This document shows, in pieces, positions 1-8,962 of a stretch of 64,000 bases of DNA. The DNA is from Flectonema sp. DT1601 (lineage: Eukaryota), in assembly GCA_964019425.1 (NCBI GenBank), contig OZ025796.1, forward strand, positions 310,001 to 374,000. Reading direction: 5' to 3'. Position numbers and translations under genes: made by a program. The first letter of the stretch is position 1. The number at the start of each line of letters is the position of its first letter. The notes under the pieces are model-generated. The model did no database searches, was not told the origin of the DNA, and saw nothing but the letters and a program-made list of their open reading frames with translations.

Positions 1-141
1 TGGATGATTCTTCCTAATGCAGTCAAAGCATGTCGAACCTTTTCGTTCAACATCTCCGCAGAGCTTTGCCATTTCCTTCACACATGTTTCCTTATTTGGA
101 GTTAAAGCAAGGATGACGACTGCGGTTAATAATGCCAACAT
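1..141 (-). CDS. 5' end of a secreted cysteine-rich protein (partial, runs off the window)
   Basis: Manual translation from ATG at 141: MLALLTAVVILALTPNKETCVKEMAKLCGDVERKGSTCFDCIRKNHP. Open to the window edge, with a hydrophobic signal-peptide-like start and four Cys. Same strand as all other genes. Absent from the ORF track. Confidence 0.6.
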   Translation of the reverse strand, partial: MLALLTAVVILALTPNKETCVKEMAKLCGDVERKGSTCFDCIRKNHP

Positions 142-402
142 AGTTGTTTTCTTTTTTTTTTGTTTTTTTTTTTTACTGACGGAGAATAAAAAGGTTAAAG
201 ACAATTCACATTCAGAGAGTAGCAAAAAATATCTAATTTCACTATGAAATAACAAAAACCGGTGATATCCATCAGAAGACTATCACTTCTTTCAATCATA
301 TGCAGCGAATGCTACAGTTTGGGAGGAAGTAAGGAACCAACGTACTATTGTCCTATTATAAATTACAAAAGGTCATCATGAGTGAATACACCATCATAAT
401 GA

Positions 403-1227
403 TCAAGGAAACATTTCAGCTAAGAAGTCGTCGAACTCATCAATTTGTTTTTCACCATCATTAGAGGGTTTTGGTGCCCATGCTAACTGTTCTGCTTCCC
501 TGTCAACAGTTGCTTCTTCTTCTTCTTTAACAATGACGTCGTCTTCTTTGGTTTCCTTTTCCTTCTTTGCTTCACAGTCATCGATATGCTGATTAACATT
601 GATTGGTTCAACCAGAAGCTCAGCTGACGCTGCAGGCTCTAATTTCGGTCGTTTTACAGAAGTAATCGGCTCTTCTTTGCTCTTTTCCATTTTTACAGGT
701 TTTGCAGGTCCTTCTTTAATGGGTTCCGATACAGGAACAATATCAGGCGGAGGTTCGATTCCGAGTCTTCGATTTTTTTTTACCAAATGGTGATATTGCA
801 TTTTTTGATTGCATTGAGAGCATAGTCGGACCTTTACGAGGGCTTCTTTTTTTATTTTTTGTTCGACGTATCGGAAAGGGACTTCCAACGTGATTAGAGA
901 AACTTTGTTCAAACAGCTGATGGCTCCGCAGTGGAACTGACCCTTACCAGATGTGACCTCCGCTTCGACTCTCCATCTCATCCCGATCTTACCTTGCTTA
1001 TAAAACGATAAATCAACCAGTGCATATTCCTTGAAAAGTCTCCTGCAATATGCCTCTGCCAATTTGCTTCCCCATTCATCATTCTTTTTCACACCACTAC
1101 TGCCAACAAATTGGTATGCTTCACGTAACGCTGTATAATCTGACTTGCAACCTTTATCTTTTATTAATTTATACTCTGCTATGAACTTTATATGTTTGTC
1201 CCATGGAGACAGACTTGAGAGTGACAT
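403..1227 (-). CDS. FRA10AC1: FRA10AC1-family protein (spliceosome-associated nuclear protein)
   Basis: Family motifs LFKEYALVDLS, GMRWRVEAEVTSGKGQFHCG, EVPFRYVE...KEALVKVRLC and a C-terminal FDDFLAEMF. Confidence 0.9.
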   Translation of the reverse strand: MSLSSLSPWDKHIKFIAEYKLIKDKGCKSDYTALREAYQFVGSSGVKKNDEWGSKLAEAYCRRLFKEYALVDLSFYKQGKIGMRWRVEAEVTSGKGQFHCGAISCLNKVSLITLEVPFRYVEQKIKKEALVKVRLCSQCNQKMQYHHLVKKNRRLGIEPPPDIVPVSEPIKEGPAKPVKMEKSKEEPITSVKRPKLEPAASAELLVEPINVNQHIDDCEAKKEKETKEDDVIVKEEEEATVDREAEQLAWAPKPSNDGEKQIDEFDDFLAEMFP

Positions 1228-1699
1228 GGTTTAATTAATTTCCTTTTTTGTTTAAAAATTAATTCTAAAATTATTTAAAAAAAAAATAATAACTCAACAG
1301 AAACTTGAATAAATCAGGGGAAAAGGAGGGGAAGAGGAAAAAGGAGAAAAAAAAAAAAAAAACACACGTAAGGAAGTACAACAAATAAGGGGTTTTATTT
1401 CCTATAATCACACACTATATGTTTTTTTCTTTCTTTGCACAGAAGAAGACGAAAAATACAATCGCTATGAACAAGTTAGCTTGAGTAGGAAAAAAAAGGG
1501 GACATATGGGAAGGTTTTTTTTTTTAAAAAAATAAAATAAAAAAATCTACAATATTCGATTGTTACAAAAGCCACCCATCGCTGGCTTGGTAGTTTTATG
1601 TTTCTTTATATTTATTTTATTTTTAATGACAAAAAAAATGTGTCAGGGAAGAAAAAACATTAGTCGCAACGAGAGCATTACATTGCATGTTTTTGTGTA

Positions 1700-1743
<44 letters not shown>

Positions 1744-1931
1744 AGAGAGAGAGAGAGAGAGTGCGAAGAAATCCGAAGGGAGACAATTGTTCAAATCAAA
1801 TCGCTGTTAGATGAATTGCCAGGATAGCCTTTTTTTTTTTTTTTTTTTCGAAATGAATATAACAAACAAATAAACAACACAATACGAAATATAAAGAAAT
1901 CGATCTCTAACACAAATCACCACACCCATTT

Positions 1932-3962
1932 TTAACGGTTTGGCGACATACTGCGAGAGTGTGATCGAAGAGCAGGCGAAACATATGAGCTTTGGGAACC
2001 CAATCCGATGTAAGTTTGTAACGATTGATAATTCTGGAGAGATTGCGTTGATTTAAATGCCTGTGGAGATGCGATCGGGGCAGACTCTGGTTCAATCCAA
2101 TGACCGGCAACAACAGCAGCTTTACCAGACTGTGACGGGATATTATGTCTACAGCAACAACCATCAGCGAGTGCTGCTAACTTTGATAAAGTTCCATCCT
2201 GTTGTGCTCTTACACTGAGATATACTGATCCGTTTGCTCCTACTGAGTCCTTGAGCTCACCAGTAGCTGGGTTATAAATCATTCTATATAAAATACCACT
2301 TCTCATTCCCTCAACAGTTTTCGTGATACCCCCCTCAGCTGATGAATATACAATGACTTTGTTGTTTATGTCTATAACCTGAACACCAGCTAGCACAGTG
2401 TTGGATGGTACGGTAGCGCTTCTAATGGAGGATATGTTGACTGGGGCTGTTGGAGATCGCATGTCACTGCGGTTGCTTCGAGTTGATGCAAAATTCTGAA
2501 TACCTTGTTTTTGAGGAGTTACATTCGGTGACTTTGATCTGGTTCTGAGCATTCCTTCGAGAGCTTTTCGAGTTTCTCCCAATTTAACTTCATTTTCCCA
2601 AGTTATTCCGGCTACTATCGCGTCTTGAGCTTTCGTTAATTTATGTGATGTAAGCTGTAACGCAACGTCTTTTTCAGCAACTTCCTGTCTAAGAGCACAG
2701 ACTGATTCTTGAAGCCCTTGAACCTGAATTACGTTGTTAGTACTGCTTAGTTTTCTACCACCCATCATGTTTGTAAGTGATGATTGAGCAGTGTTCAGGT
2801 CAGCTGATGCCGCTTCAGCTGGGGCTGCACCAACTACTTCACCTGTTATGGATTCAAGGGATTGCTCAAGTCTTTTGATTATTCTTCGTTGCTCAGCAAT
2901 AATTTCACTTTCCTTGTCGTCAGGAGCCATGCTTGATTTGCGTTTGCTTTGTCGATTTGCTTTTTTAAGTTTTTCATTATCTTGTTGAAGATCTCTCTTG
3001 TCTTTTTCAAGTTGGCTAATGAGTTTTGATTTAATCATCAAATCCTCCTGCATTCGATTGATTTTACTATTCTGTGAGGAGTCCTGTAGCAATCTCTGTA
3101 AAGAAGCCACAGTCGATTGTAAGTTGTGATTCTCACGTTGAAGAGAATGAATATCTGGTGCCTCAGAAGGACATACTTCAGAGTTTACTTCATCAACATT
3201 TTGAATTGTTACGCTTCCCTGACGTTGCATAGTGCCGTCGATTGTGTGGTGAGAGACTGATGAGTGTTTTGAAAAACCAGATCTATTGCTCACTTGTCTT
3301 TGAATATTTCCACTACTTCTCTGAGGAATAAACTCTTGTTGACTTACATGAGAACCAGTTCTAGTCACACTCGCAGCTGGAGATCTCGGAATCAGGTCCT
3401 CATCAATTGGAGGTGGTGCCGGACCTAACGGTGATTTCGGTGTCGCCAAATCAATTTTTGGTGTTTTTTGCATTTCCGAAATATTCGGACTTTCACTTCT
3501 TTGAGATGCTGCAAATCCTGGACTGCCTGGTGGTCGATTTGGAGTTCCTGGCTTTGCTGTTGGGGTACCCATCGACTTCTTAAGTGTTGGTTTAGGAGAG
3601 GCATCGATTGGTTTTCCACCTAAAGTCTTGGATTTGAATGGATTTGGAGGTTCCTCTTCGGAAATTGATTTTGATCGTGGAGGGAAATCCTTCTTTGGTC
3701 CACCAATGGATGACTTGAACGGATTTGTAGGAACATCTGGTTCTGGTGACTTTCCCCTTGGAACAGGAGACGGTTTTTTGATCTGTGATTTGAACGGGTT
3801 CATCTGAGGACTACTCGGCTCAGATCCCTTTTTTGATGCAAAACTCGCCTTCGACACTAACTGCGATTTAAACGGATTTACTGGCTCTACCTCTGACACC
3901 GAGTTACGCGCTTTTGCCTTTTCTGACACAGACATACTAGCCATGCTTCCCTTTCGAGACAT
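1932..3962 (-). CDS. Unknown protein: Pro/Ser-rich N-terminus with four NPFKS motifs, central coiled coil
   Basis: 676-aa ORF with VNPFKSQ, MNPFKSQ, TNPFKSS and PNPFKSK, then heptad-like segments. An AG acceptor (ACTGTACAG) lies just upstream of the ATG. Confidence 0.8.
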   Translation of the reverse strand: MSRKGSMASMSVSEKAKARNSVSEVEPVNPFKSQLVSKASFASKKGSEPSSPQMNPFKSQIKKPSPVPRGKSPEPDVPTNPFKSSIGGPKKDFPPRSKSISEEEPPNPFKSKTLGGKPIDASPKPTLKKSMGTPTAKPGTPNRPPGSPGFAASQRSESPNISEMQKTPKIDLATPKSPLGPAPPPIDEDLIPRSPAASVTRTGSHVSQQEFIPQRSSGNIQRQVSNRSGFSKHSSVSHHTIDGTMQRQGSVTIQNVDEVNSEVCPSEAPDIHSLQRENHNLQSTVASLQRLLQDSSQNSKINRMQEDLMIKSKLISQLEKDKRDLQQDNEKLKKANRQSKRKSSMAPDDKESEIIAEQRRIIKRLEQSLESITGEVVGAAPAEAASADLNTAQSSLTNMMGGRKLSSTNNVIQVQGLQESVCALRQEVAEKDVALQLTSHKLTKAQDAIVAGITWENEVKLGETRKALEGMLRTRSKSPNVTPQKQGIQNFASTRSNRSDMRSPTAPVNISSIRSATVPSNTVLAGVQVIDINNKVIVYSSAEGGITKTVEGMRSGILYRMIYNPATGELKDSVGANGSVYLSVRAQQDGTLSKLAALADGCCCRHNIPSQSGKAAVVAGHWIEPESAPIASPQAFKSTQSLQNYQSLQTYIGLGSQSSYVSPALRSHSRSMSPNR

Positions 3963-5395
3963 TGTTGTAGTATTAAAACTGTACAGTGAGATAACTGTTT
4001 GATTGCTTTAAAGGATTAGTGCTGAAACAAATTGATATACAAAGTAGTTACTACAGCGACCATCATGTCAGTTAATACGAATATTATCTATAACGGGTCA
4101 CATCGTACTGGTAGTTAATAATTTCAGATCAGTAAAAAGAAAAAGTTTAGTTTCGGACCATACCCCCTTACCAGCCAAGATGAGAGGTGGATACAAAATG
4201 AACATTGCATACTACGAGGAAGCAGCAACATTAGTAGATCAGGACAGGTTGACAACACGATATTCACTTTGTCAGATCTTACGTACAGAAGTCCCCCACG
4301 GATGAATCTTGGCATATCAGTCACGACCATAAGAAATAACGGGTTTTCAATCTGAATAGATTTCTTCTGGGTGCAAAAAAAAAAACCGACCCTTTAAAAT
4401 AAATGAGCAGGTTCACATGACTGACAGTGGTATGAATGACTTATCATTTTCCACTATTTAAGGATGTTAGTTTGTTGGGAAGTTAGAAAAAAAAAAGAAG
4501 AAAAAAAAACTGATTCAAAACCACAATGATCGAAACACATTTCCAAGCAAGCTCAGAATATCACAAATAATTAATTTTTTTTTTTTTTTTTCGGATGTCA
4601 AACGTACAAAAAGGGGTCACTACAATTCGGCATCAGCCAAAGACCAAGTAATCGTACAACAAGAGTAACATGTCTGAGAATCTCTCGGGTAGGTTTGATC
4701 ACGTTCGTCATCGAATTTAACTACAACAGGTGAGAGATTATTCAGAAATGTAAGTAAATAAAAAAAAATAATAAAAAGAATCTACAAGTAGTATTGTCTC
4801 ACAGAAAGTAGAGCTACCTTAATACATTATCTTAGGTTTGTCACGTTAGGATAATTAGATGTGTTATTCAAGCTGTTATTGGAGGGGATGTATGTTCGAT
4901 TTTATAAAAATTACAACTGTGTTGTATCATAAAAACATAACAATAATTTAACATTAGTAGATACAGTGACTAAAGGTAATGTCAGTGTAGGTATACACTA
5001 ACTTATTGGGAGGGTAACTTGATACTGTGTTTAATATAAAGCAACTTGGGGGGAAAAAACTATTATATTTTTGTTGAACGCAGATAGAATCCTGTCGCAC
5101 GGGGGCTGTAAGAAGAAATATCGGCTTTCAATCTGAGTATTCTCCTACTACGTCGGTACCAAAAAAAAAAAAAAAGGTTAGCTCTCTACCAAGGAGTAGT
5201 GGTGGTGATAGTTTCTCGATAACAACATACAACAAGAACAACTTAAATCAAAAGAACACGACTGTTATCAGAGAAGACTAATACACACATCACAAAAGTG
5301 ATGAATTCCTCGTAAGGCGATAATTGAGAAAAAGAAAAAAAAGATTTGGAGAAGAGGATGGTTCTCCTCCATCAGTATGAAGACATCTCTTTCTT

Positions 5396-7018
5396 TTAAA
5401 TTGAGCTTAAAAACTCTTCAGCTTTTGGTGAGAATATCTGTGCCATGTGCAGACGCATGCCAAAAGCCATCCCGAGCCCACGAAGAAGTAGAATCATTCT
5501 TCCAGGCATAATTAAGTTATCTGGAACTGTCTCCACGGGATCCTTTGCCTCCAAGGCATCCAGGAACTCAGCGATATTATGAACCTTTCCATCAATAGTC
5601 ATTATGTCTGGTGTGTCACGATCTAACCAAAATGACGCAACTTTAAAAGTAATGTCTTTATTTCCGTATTTTGTTCTTTGACCCATCTCTTGCATCGTCT
5701 CAAACGCACCATCAACATCACCCTTTGATAAATGAAGCATTAAGTTTCCAAGTGGCTTACGCTCTTCTACGGATAATCTTTTAACTTGTCCGAAATCAAT
5801 GAGTCCTAACCTGCCATCAGGGAGGAGTAAAATATTACCTGGATGAGGATCTCCGTTAAACGCCCCGTGAGTGAACAACTGATCAGCGTGGACTTGGACT
5901 AAAGTGTTCATGATGTCTCCCATGTTAAGGGGGATTGACGACCACTTAAAATCGAGTCCTTTAACTTGACCGCTCTGGATTACATTTACAATAAAAGGAA
6001 TTGTAGTACAGTTGGCTAACAGACGCATGAAATTCTTAACGTAATCAGATGCTAATAAGAAATTGTGAACTCTGTTTGCGTGAGCCTGTTCATCCTCAAT
6101 CGATCTGAGTTGATGCTCACCCGATAAGATTTTATCCTTTTGCTCTTTTTCCAACTCCTCCAAAGTCTTTCCAAGTTGTTTTGCTATTTGAGTATAACTT
6201 TCCTTAACACCATCAACCAGTTTCTTTCCATGTAAATACTCCATGACTAAAACCTTCTTGGTACAATAATCATTATGAGCTTTAGGAACGACTACTTTAT
6301 TTTTCCATTTCGGGGTAATCAAACTTCGGATCAGTTCAATATTTTTGGCTTCCTCCTCGTAGTTGAATTCAGTCAGAAACTGTTTCTCAATTTCATCAAA
6401 TACGGGAACGTGTTGAGGCATGCAAAGTTTACAAAATGATTTTGAAGTGGCTATGTCACCTCGAAAGAGATCTTCTGCTCCCCAATGTTGAACTTTTACA
6501 GCGACCTCCTCACCTGTGGATTTGAGGATTGCTCGGTGGACCTGTCCTATAGATGCGACTCCAGCTGGGTTGGTATCAAAAAATGAAAATATTTCGTTTA
6601 AAGGTCGACCCAATTCATTTTCAATAACCTTCTCAGCATCTCCCAATTCAAATGGTGTCGGTGCCTGATTCTCTGTTTCTTTCATCCAATTCAAATATTG
6701 GATTGGGAAAAAGTCATCTCTCGTTGACATCATCTGAGCATTCTTTAGATAAAATCCTCTCATCCCAAACACAATATCACGAGCTTTAATTGATTGTGAA
6801 TCGTGAAGGTTTTCGTAACGTATTGAAGCTTCCTCGTCTGATATAAGTCCGAGGTCTCTACTTAATAGTTGAACCCATCGGTATCTCATGTAGATTGGAA
6901 ATGCTTTACACCAAAACGTTTGTGATCTTCCAACACCCTCGTCATAATACCCCAATCCTACTAATCCTGTTGTTGCTGTACCGAGTGTTCCTCCAATAAG
7001 TTTTATGATACGACCCAT
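5396..7018 (-). CDS. ABC1/UbiB (ADCK-like) atypical protein kinase
   Basis: Motifs GFYLKNAQMMSTR (KxGQ-like), ASIGQVHRA, VAVKVQH, FNGDPHPGNILL and LIDFG. Confidence 0.92.
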   Translation of the reverse strand: MGRIIKLIGGTLGTATTGLVGLGYYDEGVGRSQTFWCKAFPIYMRYRWVQLLSRDLGLISDEEASIRYENLHDSQSIKARDIVFGMRGFYLKNAQMMSTRDDFFPIQYLNWMKETENQAPTPFELGDAEKVIENELGRPLNEIFSFFDTNPAGVASIGQVHRAILKSTGEEVAVKVQHWGAEDLFRGDIATSKSFCKLCMPQHVPVFDEIEKQFLTEFNYEEEAKNIELIRSLITPKWKNKVVVPKAHNDYCTKKVLVMEYLHGKKLVDGVKESYTQIAKQLGKTLEELEKEQKDKILSGEHQLRSIEDEQAHANRVHNFLLASDYVKNFMRLLANCTTIPFIVNVIQSGQVKGLDFKWSSIPLNMGDIMNTLVQVHADQLFTHGAFNGDPHPGNILLLPDGRLGLIDFGQVKRLSVEERKPLGNLMLHLSKGDVDGAFETMQEMGQRTKYGNKDITFKVASFWLDRDTPDIMTIDGKVHNIAEFLDALEAKDPVETVPDNLIMPGRMILLLRGLGMAFGMRLHMAQIFSPKAEEFLSSI

Positions 7019-7603
7019 GGTTTGGTTTTTTGTTTTTTTTTTTTGATCTGAAATTTATAAAAAAAGTAAAACATCAACTGATGACTCACAGAGATGAATG
7101 CTAGTTATCAAGTCCATCAGACCACCGAGTATCGGTTAGGTAGACACTCAAAGAGTACCGGGTGGCTCTTCTGAGGGGTCCCCAATACTGTAGTAGTAGA
7201 AAGAACCTAATCCCGAGGAGGATTGTTTTGTTAGTATCAGCACAGGAATGTAATGTTCTAATCATGAGGAGGCTGTACATTGTTATTGAGCTGTATGGGG
7301 AACAATAAATATAAATAATTAATTTTTTTTTTCAAAACAAAAAAAATAATAACATAATAAAAAGATATATTCCTCCATAACAAATCCAATAATAAAATGA
7401 CTTAAATAATTTTAAAAAAAAAAAAATCGAATTTCGCGAGTTGACCCATTCCGTTTCATTTTAACAGATATGTGTGTTGTTTTGAATAAAAATATTGAAA
7501 CAGAAAAAGGTTGAGCACGCAAAATGAATAAAAATTAGAAAGAAAACCGCCGATATCAACAATATTAAGGTTTACCGTAACACCGTTATTTTTATGAAAA
7601 TAC

Positions 7604-7643
<40 letters not shown>

Positions 7644-8364
7644 TTACAAAGTTGATGGCTTCGGAAACCTCTTGTGTTGGAATCTAAAGAAGTTTTTTCT
7701 ACACAAAACAAAAAAAACTGAATCAGCACACAGTCATTCTACTAAAATTAGAGAAGAAGACATTTACAAGTTCGGAGCTGACGACGCTGGTCGTCAGCTG
7801 GGGGGAAAAAAAAGAAAAAAAAGAAAAAAAACTAAGAGGGAGCTGAAAACTAAAACAAAAAAAAAATTAGCTTGATTGCTGATCATCAGCTATTTTCTTA
7901 TTTTCATTTGTTTGTTTGTTTGTTTGTTTTTTTTTGCACCCCGACAAAGTCGGAGAAGAAACTATATTCGATATTAAGAGCCGTTTTATTTATTTATTTT
8001 CGTCACGGTCATCTATTTTCCTGTGCGACAGTAATACTGTTTGCGATCAACAACATAATAAGGTTAATATGAATTTTTTTCTTTTTTTTTTTTTTTTTTC
8101 TTGATTCACATAAAATGCGAATATTTGTTTTGTGTTGTGTGTTTTTGTTTTGTTTTGTGAAAATACCACAAGGGTATCTATTTCTAAAGATGGCAAAAAA
8201 AAAATAAATAATAATTAGTAGTTTACCTCCCCGAATTAGTATTTCCTTCTTTTAGTCAAAAAACAAGTTGTAGAATTGCGTTGGTTCACTGTGTGTTGTT
8301 ACACTAAGATAACGGTTAGATTATCAGTGGATTTAGTTTAGTTTAGTTTAGTTAGCAAAATACA

Positions 8365-8522
8365 AACTGATGACTACGAGGGGTCTGGGTAGCCCGCATC
8401 AGTAAGGACCCAATCGCGAAGATTGTAGTTTCATAGTATTGGCTGGAAGTGATCGACTTCCAGCTTCCACCTTGCCCAGAGGCTAACAGGATTTAATACG
8501 ATGGAGGGAGTAGCAACGCTCC
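8365..8522. ncRNA. Candidate structured RNA element (three-way junction plus pseudoknot, flanked by hairpins)
   Basis: Complementary pairs read by eye: 8366-8372/8397-8403, 8373-8377/8425-8429, 8381-8385/8407-8411, 8412-8415/8421-8424 and 8442-8450/8456-8464. GC-richer island in AT-rich DNA. Confidence 0.4.
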
Positions 8523-8962
8523 AAAAAAAAAGAAAAAGGTAAAGGCAAATAGTTCAGGTCAACATCGGATCTCATTGAAGAAAAGAAATGATGACCACCT
8601 TAAACTAAAATTGCTACCAAGAAATGTGTATAAAACCTGCTGATTGTTTTTTTTTTATGCTATCTTTTTTCGTTTGCTCGTACAAATAAAAAAAATATCC
8701 CAAAGAAATATTCTGAAGTAACAAAAGAAGAAGAACCAGAAAGTAAGCTCAGCACCAACCTGTCCAATCAGACAGTACCAAGAAATGTATGAAAAAAAAT
8801 AATAACTAAAAAAAAAAAAAAAAGAAAGAAACAACGGAAGAGGATTGAAAAATTCCAACAAAAAATACCAATTTCGGCAACGATGTGAAGAAGAAGAAGT
8901 AGCGCGCAATTCTGAGAGGATGCGATTTACTTCCAGAAAAACATTTTTTTTTTTTTTTTTTT

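Noticed and set aside
272..379. Minus-strand box C/D snoRNA (ATGATGA...CTGA) after FRA10AC1
   Set aside because: No convincing terminal stem or recognisable rRNA guide; such short boxes arise by chance.
8366..8411. HDV-like ribozyme on the minus strand
   Set aside because: The nesting is similar, but L3 is only 3 nt and P1.1, P4 and the catalytic C junction are missing.
7078..8435. Hammerhead ribozymes (CTGATGA at 7078 and 8367; minus-strand GAAAC...GTC at 8372-8433)
   Set aside because: On + there is no GAAA after a stem II. On - the GAAAC/GUC stem has no correctly placed CUGANGA core.
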